Virus record (IMG/VR): IMGVR_UViG_2585427779_000013
Coordinates: 1 to 52,997 of that record
DNA from: a virus
Taxonomy: Duplodnaviria > Heunggongvirae > Uroviricota > Caudoviricetes
Direction: 5' to 3' (one strand)
DNA length: 52,997 nt
A program made the translations under genes and the position numbers. The notes under the pieces are model-generated. The model worked only from the letters and a program-made list of their open reading frames with translations. It ran no database searches and was not told the origin of the DNA. Below are positions 17,437-25,574 of the stretch, piece after piece (the stretch's first letter is position 1; every line of letters begins with the position of its first letter).

Positions 17437-18164
17437 TGAATTTAGAATCCATTCTAAAATTCCACTTTCCTAAATCACCGCGATTATCTGACGAAAGCCG
17501 GGGCACGTCCCCGGACGCTCTTAATACGACGGATGCGCTAACAGCTGCGGGTATGGCGCAATCGCGCGTAGAGCTTGGCTATAGCGCTTTTTTGGGAAAG
17601 ATGGAGCTATCACAAGCCGAAAAACATAAGGCCGTAGTTTTGCTTACAGAGCGTTTAAGGGCTATGGCAAAAGATTATGAATACGTTATGGAACTGGACG
17701 AGGCCAAACGCAATGATCTCATTATTCTTGTTGCCGTTTTCGCGTTTCGGGATTATTGCCAGAGTGCGGCGACCGAAAAAGTTTGCCCTAAGTGCGGCGG
17801 TAACGGGCTTTCACCACATCCATATTGTGAGTACGCATCGACAGTTTGCTCGCGGTGCGGCGGCAAAGGCTACGTTAAAAACCATTGCCAGCGGTGCAAG
17901 GGTCGTGGCGAAGTACCGGATAAAGCAGCCAGCGAGGCGGCGGAAATGCCAGTGTTCAAAACATGCCAGCACTGCGGCGGGCGCGGGTACTCGCGTTTCC
18001 CTGTAGATCTTGTCCGGCAGGCGGTTAATCAGCTTGTTTTCCCGGTAAGCCGATCAACATGGTGGAAGAAATACCGGGCTTTCTATGAAGACGCCATTGC
18101 TGAATTGTTCAAAGAAGAGGCGCGGGCTGACAACGAAATTAAACGAGTGACGCGGGGTGAATAA
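17436..18164 (+). CDS. putative late antiterminator (Q-like) with DnaJ-type zinc finger
   Basis: 242 aa; four CxxCxGxG repeats (CPKCGGNG, CSRCGGKG, CQRCKGRG, CQHCGGRG); located directly after ninG-rusA where lambdoid phages place Q. Confidence 0.45.
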   Translation: MNLESILKFHFPKSPRLSDESRGTSPDALNTTDALTAAGMAQSRVELGYSAFLGKMELSQAEKHKAVVLLTERLRAMAKDYEYVMELDEAKRNDLIILVAVFAFRDYCQSAATEKVCPKCGGNGLSPHPYCEYASTVCSRCGGKGYVKNHCQRCKGRGEVPDKAASEAAEMPVFKTCQHCGGRGYSRFPVDLVRQAVNQLVFPVSRSTWWKKYRAFYEDAIAELFKEEARADNEIKRVTRGE

Positions 18165-18364
18165 TGGATAAGCTGGAAATAAACGATCAGTTTGCCGTTA
18201 TCTTATTTGAAGATAAAACAGGCGGCGCATGGTGTAAGAAAGTCACTGGCGCGGAAGCGCGTTTAATATTGGGTATGGCAAGCGCGTTAAACGAAGGTGA
18301 ATTGCCAGCCGTGCCAATTGAGCCAGTTCATATTTACGGACGGAGTAACGACAATGAAGCCTAA
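18164..18364 (+). CDS. hypothetical protein (66 aa)
   Basis: ATGA-coupled ORF. Confidence 0.4.
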   Translation: MDKLEINDQFAVILFEDKTGGAWCKKVTGAEARLILGMASALNEGELPAVPIEPVHIYGRSNDNEA

Positions 18365-18623
18365 ATTAAAGGAACATATATTTGCAAAGCTGGTTAATGA
18401 CCTGACATTATCTGCGCGGTTGTGTCGTGATACGCAACAATTAAGGGCGTGGATAGCAAGGGATTTAAGAAAATATATTGAACCAGGCAGGCCAGGCGGA
18501 GAAATCACGATGGACGAAGCCATCAAGCGCCGTTCGGCTGAATGGTCAGTAAGTAATACAGGATTAACCGGATACATCGAAGGCTATAACGACTGTTTAC
18601 AGGATCATGGCGATGGCAAGTAA
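18354..18623 (+). CDS. hypothetical protein (89 aa)
   Basis: ATG 18354 with GGAG RBS. Confidence 0.45.
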   Translation: MKPKLKEHIFAKLVNDLTLSARLCRDTQQLRAWIARDLRKYIEPGRPGGEITMDEAIKRRSAEWSVSNTGLTGYIEGYNDCLQDHGDGK

Positions 18624-18921
18624 AGATCTGCATTTAAACCTGAAAGGAGAATACTTTTACGCCATCCGGGCGGGAAAGAAGGTGGAAGAATACAGGCTTT
18701 ACAATGACTATTGGCGTAAACGCCTGGAAGGGCGGGAATATGAACGCCTGATCATTAAGCTGGGGTATCCAGCCAGCCACGAAGCGCACCGGATTATAAA
18801 CCTGCCTTATTTCGGGTACGAAGTAAAAACTATCACGCATCCATTATTCGGCCCTGATCCTGTTAAGGTATTCGCAATTAAGTGTGATGTGAATTGGATG
18901 TTAAGGTGGGGTGAGCAATGA
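18607..18921 (+). CDS. hypothetical protein (104 aa)
   Basis: ORF in packed accessory cluster. Confidence 0.45.
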   Translation: MAMASKDLHLNLKGEYFYAIRAGKKVEEYRLYNDYWRKRLEGREYERLIIKLGYPASHEAHRIINLPYFGYEVKTITHPLFGPDPVKVFAIKCDVNWMLRWGEQ

Positions 18922-19127
18922 AAAAAGCTGGCCTGTCAATTAGCCGTGTATTGTGCGGCGACGAAAACGAGATCCGCATAGAAATTAAATTTAGCATGGG
19001 TAAAGAGATAATTCTTTACACGACACCTGAAAACATGACGCTGGCGCTTACTGGTAAATCTGAAACGCCGTGCGACGTCCGGTTACGCAATATTGAAATT
19101 AAGGAATTAAGGAAGGGTGAAAAATGA
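18918..19127 (+). CDS. hypothetical protein (69 aa)
   Basis: ATGA-coupled ORF. Confidence 0.4.
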   Translation: MKKAGLSISRVLCGDENEIRIEIKFSMGKEIILYTTPENMTLALTGKSETPCDVRLRNIEIKELRKGEK

Positions 19128-19339
19128 AAAGTAACCGTAAACGCCTGGTAAGGGCGTATGATAAAGCATTAAAGGCTTTTGACGACCTGCGACACAATAA
19201 GCGCCAGCGCCGCAAATGGGCGCGTATGCTTGTTTATGAGTGGCATTATTCTGATGCTTTTATGGAAAGTGCGCCGCTATTAACACAAGAACAAGCCGAC
19301 GAAGTAGCTAACGATAACGTTTATTATATGATGTGGTGA
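19124..19339 (+). CDS. hypothetical protein (71 aa)
   Basis: ATGA-coupled ORF. Confidence 0.4.
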   Translation: MKSNRKRLVRAYDKALKAFDDLRHNKRQRRKWARMLVYEWHYSDAFMESAPLLTQEQADEVANDNVYYMMW

Positions 19340-19343
19340 TAAT

Positions 19344-19709
19344 ATGCAAATAATCATTGATTACCTTTGCCACGCTGCAAATACGCTTTTCGGTTTTTAT
19401 CAGCAACCATTCCTGAAAGAATGGGACGAAATGCTTAATGACATCCTCGACAAAGGATTAATAATGGAATTCGGGGAGCTAACAATCAAATTTAATTACG
19501 AAGGCAAAGAATATGACATATGGGTAGGCAACAGATGGTATTCATACGGGCATATTTATTCAATTGGCGGTAAATACATTAAACGAAGTCAGGAATTTAG
19601 ACCGCGCTTCCGCACAATGCGACGACTGCATGACCTGCATATGAAGATATTTGGAGATCAGGAAGCACGGGAATTATTCAAAATTTACGGGGATAAATCA
19701 TGGAGCTAA
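19344..19709 (+). CDS. hypothetical protein (121 aa)
   Basis: ORF in packed cluster. Confidence 0.45.
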   Translation: MQIIIDYLCHAANTLFGFYQQPFLKEWDEMLNDILDKGLIMEFGELTIKFNYEGKEYDIWVGNRWYSYGHIYSIGGKYIKRSQEFRPRFRTMRRLHDLHMKIFGDQEARELFKIYGDKSWS

Positions 19710-19930
19710 AAATCTGGCAGGCTATCGACGTAGTTGATAATGAATTAACAATGTTTGCCACTGACGGAAAACGCGTGGTGATCGCCACATGGACGCACAA
19801 CCATGATGATATTGTTTTTCGTCGCAAAGCTGCGGAATGGCTTTTCTCTGATGAAGGCTACACGATGAACATTGCACAGCTTGCAAGAATGAAGGATGAA
19901 AAGCTGGTAGACAGCTACACAACTGCATAA
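19700..19930 (+). CDS. hypothetical small protein (76 aa), member of apparent paralog family
   Basis: Shares a loose pattern (G..Y… D.G..W.F) with neighbouring small ORFs. Confidence 0.4.
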   Translation: MELKIWQAIDVVDNELTMFATDGKRVVIATWTHNHDDIVFRRKAAEWLFSDEGYTMNIAQLARMKDEKLVDSYTTA

Positions 19931-19940
19931 CGGGGTAAAT

Positions 19941-20174
19941 ATGCGTATTTATGAACACAAGCGGGATAAAACCCGCTTTTTTGTTCGTGCTGGCGTGGCG
20001 TACCAGTATCACGACTGCGGATATATTGAGGCGCTTGCTTACGACATGGATTTCGAACAAGAAAAAGAATGGTTTGACTTTAAGATTTACCGTAAGCGCA
20101 AGCCAACGCGTGACGAACGACACGCTATCCGGGACTTTTTAATCAGCATAGACCGCTGGGAGGCAGACGAATGA
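19941..20174 (+). CDS. hypothetical small protein (77 aa)
   Basis: ORF in packed cluster. Confidence 0.4.
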   Translation: MRIYEHKRDKTRFFVRAGVAYQYHDCGYIEALAYDMDFEQEKEWFDFKIYRKRKPTRDERHAIRDFLISIDRWEADE

Positions 20175-20398
20175 AAGTTAAATTCTTGCACGATCACGGA
20201 TACCCGTCATTGAAACAGGTTGTTGGTAAGGTCGTTAATGTCGTTCATAGCGATGATATTACTTGCATGATTAATGGTGCTGATCTCATTGCTGCTGGTG
20301 CTGATGACCATTACATCAATCCGGCGTGGTCGTATACGTTCAGCATGGGCGATTTCGTCGGGGACAAGGGGCGCGGGCTTGAGATTGTAGAGGATTAA
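20171..20398 (+). CDS. hypothetical small protein (75 aa)
   Basis: ATGA-coupled ORF. Confidence 0.4.
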   Translation: MKVKFLHDHGYPSLKQVVGKVVNVVHSDDITCMINGADLIAAGADDHYINPAWSYTFSMGDFVGDKGRGLEIVED

Positions 20399-20402
20399 CG
20401 GT

Positions 20403-20618
20403 ATGGACGTTTACGAAGATCTCTACCTACAGACCAATAGCCGCACTTTTTATTTTCTGAAAAGCGGCGTCGTATATCGCAGCGACGACGGGGTGATAAT
20501 GAAAGAGTGGTTATTTAAGCGTAAAGACCTACTCGAAGATCTGGTTTTTGCCGGGATATTTCGTAAACGTCCGGCTAACCTGGAAGAAGAAATGTTGATC
20601 GACGAGGTGTTAAAATGA
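20403..20618 (+). CDS. hypothetical small protein (71 aa)
   Basis: ORF in packed cluster. Confidence 0.4.
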   Translation: MDVYEDLYLQTNSRTFYFLKSGVVYRSDDGVIMKEWLFKRKDLLEDLVFAGIFRKRPANLEEEMLIDEVLK

Positions 20619-20860
20619 AAGTGAATTATTTCAGGGCAAAAGACAAGGCAACAGGAAAGCGGGTGGCTATCCTGGTTAATGAAGCAAATTATATGTTTGT
20701 TCTCCAGCCGTGGTGCATGGCTGACTATAACGATGATTATCGTCGTCACGCTGCGCGGCGGGCGGTCGGGATGAAAGGCTGGCAACCGCGCGACATGCTT
20801 AATTATTGCGACTGGAATCTGATAGCAAAATACACGGTAGATTATAAAGGGGTTTTCTGA
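20615..20860 (+). CDS. hypothetical small protein (81 aa)
   Basis: ATGA-coupled ORF. Confidence 0.4.
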   Translation: MKVNYFRAKDKATGKRVAILVNEANYMFVLQPWCMADYNDDYRRHAARRAVGMKGWQPRDMLNYCDWNLIAKYTVDYKGVF

Positions 20861-20862
20861 TT

Positions 20863-21078
20863 ATGTTTGCAAGATGCGTTTATTCTGACACTACATGCTT
20901 TACTACTGGCGAACTATATAGCGTTGATCTTCTTAATGGGTGCAAGCGCGGCGCGGGCGGTATTCATTATGTAAAAGATAATGATGGCGATGCGTGGCAA
21001 TTTTACGGCGATTACGCAAAAGGGTTTGTTAAGGGTAGTTTTGATAATCGTGTGATGGCGCGCTTTGTTAAGTGGTGA
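20863..21078 (+). CDS. hypothetical small protein (71 aa), paralog-like
   Basis: FTTGELYSV…DGDAWQFYGDY pattern recurs in neighbours. Confidence 0.4.
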   Translation: MFARCVYSDTTCFTTGELYSVDLLNGCKRGAGGIHYVKDNDGDAWQFYGDYAKGFVKGSFDNRVMARFVKW

Positions 21079-21087
21079 GGTGGTGTT

Positions 21088-21327
21088 ATGAGACGGAACC
21101 ATAGATACCAGTGCACATACTCACGATGCAGCGCGTTTTTTAAGAATGGCAAGATCTACGAAGTCGGCGCGGCATTGGTTGACGCAAAGGATCAGGAATA
21201 TATTCACGCCATTACTGACGACCAGGGCCAGTTATGGCGATTTTATAAGATGGGGTGTGGCACGGCGCTTGTTTATGCGCGTGCTGGTGGTGGTGCTTTT
21301 GCTGCGTTTTCGTATGTAGGGGTATGA
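21088..21327 (+). CDS. hypothetical small protein (79 aa), paralog-like
   Basis: FKNGKIYEV…DQGQLWRFYKMG pattern. Confidence 0.4.
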   Translation: MRRNHRYQCTYSRCSAFFKNGKIYEVGAALVDAKDQEYIHAITDDQGQLWRFYKMGCGTALVYARAGGGAFAAFSYVGV

Positions 21328-21548
21328 AAATGATTTTAACGTGTAACGAATCGGAATTGGGCTGTTTTGAGGAAGGCGTACAGTATACGGCTGAAAAACC
21401 GATGGGGTTGTCGCCTAAATTTCCGTTTATCGTCGTGACTGACACTTACGGTCACTTATGGTATGCAGAGCCGCTAGGCGGTATTGGTCGTTATGTTGTC
21501 CGTAGTTCGGATGGGGCGATGAAGGTTACTTTTACGGAAGAAGCATAA
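21324..21548 (+). CDS. hypothetical small protein (74 aa), paralog-like
   Basis: ATG overlapping upstream stop; FEEGVQYTA…YGHLWYAE pattern. Confidence 0.4.
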   Translation: MKMILTCNESELGCFEEGVQYTAEKPMGLSPKFPFIVVTDTYGHLWYAEPLGGIGRYVVRSSDGAMKVTFTEEA

Positions 21549-21646
21549 ATGTGATCTACCCTTCAAAGTTTACAGAATGGCATTGCTCTGGCGGTGCCAT
21601 TTTGTTATAAAGAAGCTGAAGAGAGAACGATGCGGAGGGTAGAAAA

Positions 21647-21919
21647 ATGAAACGCTGGATTAACGAAGAAACAGAGGCCCGCTTCAATGCAATTTGGGAT
21701 CTGATTGAAAAAGAGGACGGCGTTTCTAGTCCCTACCTGAACAATCTTGAGTTCCACTATGTAGAAGCGATGAACGCAGAGCATGACCACGAAGGCGGTG
21801 CCGATGAATTCGCTAAAAAATACGGCTTCGATGATGCAAACCATATGATTAACAACGTGGTGATGCAGGCAGAGGAAGACTACGAATGCAAATCACTTGA
21901 ATTCGCACGCATGGCATAA
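21647..21919 (+). CDS. hypothetical acidic protein (90 aa)
   Basis: GGAGGG RBS; preceded by motif pair and a 20-codon upstream ORF. Confidence 0.45.
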   Translation: MKRWINEETEARFNAIWDLIEKEDGVSSPYLNNLEFHYVEAMNAEHDHEGGADEFAKKYGFDDANHMINNVVMQAEEDYECKSLEFARMA

Positions 21920-21929
21920 GGGGGAAAAC

Positions 21930-22070
21930 ATGAACGCTAACGCTAAATATCCGGCCTGGGTCTTTGAACTATACGCCCGCTATTTTGAAGAACTGGCACC
22001 AGGTGAAGAAGCATTAAGCATTGACGAATACGCGGAGTGTTTAGGATTCAAGGGGGACGAAGAAGAATAA
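21930..22070 (+). CDS. small acidic protein (46 aa)
   Basis: AGGGGGAAA RBS then ATG; not in track. Confidence 0.35.
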   Translation: MNANAKYPAWVFELYARYFEELAPGEEALSIDEYAECLGFKGDEEE

Positions 22071-22113
22071 AACACGGGGCCGGATGGCCCCATCAAATCA
22101 GAAGGGTGTAATT

Positions 22114-22413
22114 ATGAAAAGCGCTAAATTCATTGCGTGCTGTTTTGTTGAAGTCCCTAACGATGATGTTTTCTGCAATTATGAATTTAAAGACAGTTTA
22201 GGCAGATCTCATGTTGTTGTTGGTAAGCGCGGCGACTGGTTATATATCACTGATGGAGACAGGATCTTCACTAAAAACCAGTTGTTAAGAATAAAGGCAG
22301 AAAATGATGAAATACCAGTAGGTAATATGGGGATTATGAATTATCACGCTGGTTTATCGTTAAAGCACGATGCGGTAAATAAAGCGCGTAGCTTACCTGG
22401 TGCGGAGTTTTAA
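22114..22413 (+). CDS. hypothetical protein (99 aa)
   Basis: ATG 22114 with GAAGGGTG RBS. Confidence 0.45.
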   Translation: MKSAKFIACCFVEVPNDDVFCNYEFKDSLGRSHVVVGKRGDWLYITDGDRIFTKNQLLRIKAENDEIPVGNMGIMNYHAGLSLKHDAVNKARSLPGAEF

Positions 22414-22436
22414 TTTATTACGAAGGGGAATAATAA

Positions 22437-22760
22437 ATGTCTAAATTTATCAGCGTTAAGGTTTTTCGTGGCAATTTTCCAGAAGATAAAGAAATTGGAC
22501 AATTCGCAGGTGAACGTGGAGTATGTTTCCGTGTAGCTACTGAAGACGATGCGCACGTTAAATGCTTTCACGTATCTGAACCGCCTTTTAATGCAGAACA
22601 TCTTGAAGACCTGAATAGAATTAAAAGCCTTATTTTTGCCTATCTGGCGTTCCCTGGCATAGCTAATGCTGATGTGGGATTGGTTGGCGCTGAACTGGTT
22701 GCGGAATACAAAATGACTGAAGGTGTAACAGGGGGAATTGACATTGAGCGCATCAAGTAA
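22437..22760 (+). CDS. hypothetical protein (107 aa)
   Basis: ORF in packed cluster. Confidence 0.45.
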   Translation: MSKFISVKVFRGNFPEDKEIGQFAGERGVCFRVATEDDAHVKCFHVSEPPFNAEHLEDLNRIKSLIFAYLAFPGIANADVGLVGAELVAEYKMTEGVTGGIDIERIK

Positions 22761-22995
22761 GCTATACAAGATCAGGTGTAAAGGCGAATACCCTGGCTTT
22801 ACGATTGGTTGCGAATACCTGGGCCACATTGGGTACGGCCCTTTCGGTGAGTTGGGGATGAGCACGCTGGACGATGACGGCGACAGCCGGACGCTTGATC
22901 TTGATTCTGATGATTTCGAATACATCCCGCCAGTCACTTACCGTGACGTCGATGATTTCCTGGCTGAACAAGAAGACGATGAAGAGGATGATTAA
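22738..22995 (+). CDS. hypothetical protein with acidic C-terminus (85 aa)
   Basis: ORF; C-terminal EQEDDEEDD. Confidence 0.4.
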   Translation: MTLSASSKLYKIRCKGEYPGFTIGCEYLGHIGYGPFGELGMSTLDDDGDSRTLDLDSDDFEYIPPVTYRDVDDFLAEQEDDEEDD

Positions 22996-22997
22996 CT

Positions 22998-23138
22998 ATG
23001 GATGACGAATACGTTAATAATTTTATTGTTATGTTTCTTAGTGAAAACTGGCGCATGTTTGAACATTATTGTTTTGAGCGCGGGGAAAATGCTGAAGAAA
23101 TATATCAATATTTAGGCGGGGAGAAAGAGGATGATTGA
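22998..23138 (+). CDS. small protein (46 aa)
   Basis: ATG ORF not in track; overlaps next start. Confidence 0.3.
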   Translation: MDDEYVNNFIVMFLSENWRMFEHYCFERGENAEEIYQYLGGEKEDD

Positions 23139-23328
23139 ATGCCTTATTATTGCGGTTATTCTCCTTTACCTGGCTGGCGTAATTTTAATGGGCGCTTTTC
23201 AGAAAGCTGTTGATAGTGACGGCGTCATTTGGTTCGAGCTAGTCTTCTGGCCTTTCATTACGATATACGCTTTCACTGATGCTATGCGCATTAACATCAT
23301 GCGGGAAATTAAGGAGCGCAAAAAATGA
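23131..23328 (+). CDS. small membrane protein (65 aa)
   Basis: Two predicted TM helices (MIECLIIAVILLYLAGVILMGAF…). Confidence 0.45.
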   Translation: MIECLIIAVILLYLAGVILMGAFQKAVDSDGVIWFELVFWPFITIYAFTDAMRINIMREIKERKK

Positions 23329-23495
23329 TTGAAGACGGTATCTATTTGCACAAGTTATTTGACATCGCTTATCTGGTTAAAGGTGACAAGGTGATGATTC
23401 AGAATCCAGAAAAACCATACTGGGAATCAAGCGAGATGGATCGGTGGCATATGCAAATGTTGCTTGATAATGGCCTGATATACAGAAAGCAGTAA
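23325..23495 (+). CDS. hypothetical protein (56 aa)
   Basis: ATGA-coupled ORF ending just before candidate late promoter. Confidence 0.35.
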   Translation: MIEDGIYLHKLFDIAYLVKGDKVMIQNPEKPYWESSEMDRWHMQMLLDNGLIYRKQ

Positions 23496-23503
23496 AGCCG
23501 TAT

Positions 23504-23532
23504 TTGTGGGTCGAAAACAAACGGATTAAAAT
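23504..23532 (+). promoter_or_regulatory. candidate late promoter (PR'-like)
   Basis: TTGTGG, 17-bp spacer, TAAAAT; about 30 nt upstream of a strong terminator and 70 nt upstream of the holin start. Confidence 0.4.
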
Positions 23533-23560
23533 ATTACCTAACAATGCGAAACTGTAACTA

Positions 23561-23586
23561 CCCGGCCCCGTGCCGGGTTTTTGCTT
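23561..23586 (+). terminator. rho-independent terminator (tR'-like) upstream of lysis cassette
   Basis: GC stem CCCGGC-CCCGT-GCCGGG followed by TTTTTGCTTTGTT. Confidence 0.65.
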
Positions 23587-23602
23587 TGTTGGAGGAAAAT
23601 CT

Positions 23603-23803
23603 ATGTTCGACAAAATACGGGAGGCGTGCGCGTATGCAGTAGGGGCCGTAACGGCCTTTTTTGGTGCGATAACCATTAATGATGTTGCTGTCTTTGTGGG
23701 TATCTTATCAACCGTAGGCACATTTGCCGTTAATTATTACTTCAAATCACAGGAGAACAAGCGAGCGCAAGAGGAACACGACGCGCGAATGGGGAATAAG
23801 TAA
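23603..23803 (+). CDS. holin (pinholin-like, two TM helices)
   Basis: GGAGG RBS; 66 aa with two TM helices and charged C-terminus; immediately precedes SAR endolysin as in phage 21. Confidence 0.7.
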   Translation: MFDKIREACAYAVGAVTAFFGAITINDVAVFVGILSTVGTFAVNYYFKSQENKRAQEEHDARMGNK

Positions 23804-23804
23804 C

Positions 23805-24296
23805 ATGATTAGCCAATCGCTGAAAAATAAGATTATTGCGGCGGCGGCTGGTGGGGCGATCGCTATTGCGGGGATGATGATAAAAGATCTTGAAGGCGTT
23901 GAGTATAAGCCGTACAGAGATGTCATCGGTGTTTACACGATATGTTATGGACACGTCGGAAAAGACATCATGCTTGGGAAGACTTACACGCAATCAGAAT
24001 GCGATGCTTTGTTAAATAAAGATCTACACAAGACCGCAAAAGCGATTGACCCATATATCAAGGTCGAAATATCAGATTTTACCCGCGCTGCACTTTATTC
24101 CTTCGCCTATAACGTAGGCACTACCAACTTCAAAACATCAACCTTATTAAAGCTACTCAATGACGGCAAGAAATCAGAAGCGTGCGCACAGCTTAAACGC
24201 TGGATTTATGCTGGCGGTAAGCAGTGGCAAGGGTTAATTAACCGCCGTGATGTTGAATATGCCGTTTGCGAATGGGGTGAGACATGGACAAGGTGA
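23805..24296 (+). CDS. SAR endolysin (lysozyme, T4/P1 Lyz type)
   Basis: N-terminal Gly/Ala-rich SAR helix, then [34 protein letters not shown]… closely resembling phage 21 R / P1 Lyz by recall; track ORF starts upstream at 23724. Confidence 0.85.
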   Translation: MISQSLKNKIIAAAAGGAIAIAGMMIKDLEGVEYKPYRDVIGVYTICYGHVGKDIMLGKTYTQSECDALLNKDLHKTAKAIDPYIKVEISDFTRAALYSFAYNVGTTNFKTSTLLKLLNDGKKSEACAQLKRWIYAGGKQWQGLINRRDVEYAVCEWGETWTR

Positions 24297-24754
24297 AGAC
24301 GTTAATTATCGCCGTTGTTGTTTGCATTATTGCCGGGCTGACCGCCGTAACGTGTTATTACCAGAGTGAGGCGGCAAGGTTACAGGAAGAAGTCACGGTG
24401 ACGCAAGGTGCACTAAAGACAGCAAGTAACACTATTCAGCAGATGAAGGATCGGAACGCCGAACTGTCAAAACTTGATAAGAGGTATCACGATGAGATTA
24501 AAGCTATCAGATCTGACATTGCCGATCTGCGTGCTGGCATTGATAGCGGTGCTATCCGGTTGCACGTCAACGCCGAGCCAGTGCGATTGCTCGACAATAC
24601 CGGAACCGCCAGCCGCATTGATGGAGCCACCTGTAGACTCACTCCAGACGCTGAATCGGCTTATCTATCCCTCAGAGAACAACTAAAAGAGAAAGATGCG
24701 AAGATCGCCGGACTTCAGAGCTATATCAAAACGCAGTGCTTACGCAAAAAATAA
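24284..24754 (+). CDS. Rz-like i-spanin
   Basis: 156 aa; N-terminal TM helix, coiled coil, C-terminal pattern similar to lambda Rz. Confidence 0.8.
   Translation: MDKVKTLIIAVVVCIIAGLTAVTCYYQSEAARLQEEVTVTQGALKTASNTIQQMKDRNAELSKLDKRYHDEIKAIRSDIADLRAGIDSGAIRLHVNAEPVRLLDNTGTASRIDGATCRLTPDAESAYLSLREQLKEKDAKIAGLQSYIKTQCLRKK
24492..24686 (+). CDS. Rz1-like o-spanin lipoprotein embedded in Rz (+1 frame)
   Basis: [24 protein letters not shown] lipobox then Pro-rich region, like lambda Rz1. Confidence 0.75.
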   Translation: MRLKLSDLTLPICVLALIAVLSGCTSTPSQCDCSTIPEPPAALMEPPVDSLQTLNRLIYPSENN

Positions 24755-24986
24755 CAGCGCGTGGACGTGTCGCCGTTTCCGCCAGCCAGCCATAACCGGG
24801 TCAATCCTTCCCGCGAGCGACGGCGGAATAGTCAAAAACACGTAATACCGGATCATCCATCCCATTAACAGGTCAGGCGCTACCTGGGTAGAAGAAAGCG
24901 CCATTCTCCAGTTTTATAAAATTCTAAAAACGGTACTCATGCAGCGCCGTTTTTAGTGTTTTATAGCATTTGCCTATGGTGGAGAT

Positions 24987-25559
24987 ATGTTAACACTAGA
25001 CGAACTAGACAGGATTTTATTCTGTGATGTTGAAAATGGTTTGCTTTACTGGAAATCACGCCCGCGTAGTGACTTTAGCAATGATTTTACTTGCAGGATG
25101 TTTAATTTTAAGGCCGGGAAGATAGCTGGCGGTATTAATGGCGACGGATACGTCGTTATCCATCATAACGGTAAACCTATATTTGCTCATGATGCCGTAT
25201 GGCTTTTTGCTGGTAATGAATTGATAGATGGGCTTGTTATAGATCACATAAACCATATAAGGAGCGATAACAGGCTAAAAAATCTTAGAATGGTTAGTGA
25301 GTTAACTAATTCAAGAAATCAAAAACTTCATAGCAATAACATTACGGGATATAGCGGGGTAAGAAAAACCAAATCAGGAAAATGGTCCGCGCACATACAT
25401 GTAAACGGTAAGGAAAGGCAAATAGGGACATTTTTAACGATTGATGAGGCTGTTAAAGCCAGAAAGAACGCTGAAGCAATTAACGGTTATCATGATAATC
25501 ACGGGCGAGACATCTATGTTGATCTGCCATATATAGACCCGTGGAATAGAATAAATTAA
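24987..25559 (+). CDS. HNH homing endonuclease (HNH plus AP2-like DNA-binding domain)
   Basis: 190 aa; DGLVIDHINHIRSDNRLKNLRMVSELTNSRN and GYSGVRK…W.A motifs; GGTGGAGA RBS. Confidence 0.75.
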   Translation: MLTLDELDRILFCDVENGLLYWKSRPRSDFSNDFTCRMFNFKAGKIAGGINGDGYVVIHHNGKPIFAHDAVWLFAGNELIDGLVIDHINHIRSDNRLKNLRMVSELTNSRNQKLHSNNITGYSGVRKTKSGKWSAHIHVNGKERQIGTFLTIDEAVKARKNAEAINGYHDNHGRDIYVDLPYIDPWNRIN

Positions 25560-25574
25560 TAAAGGAGTCCTGCG

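Noticed and set aside
22410-22937. 175-aa minus-strand ORF opposite the packed small plus-strand genes
   Set aside because: Antisense to several coupled plus-strand ORFs with RBSs; Ser-rich low-complexity product; no RBS of its own.
24755-24986. Possible terminator after Rz (AAAAACGG…CCGTTTTT) and GGCGCT/AGCGCC hairpin
   Set aside because: Stems are AU-rich or not followed by a proper U-tract; too weak to call confidently.
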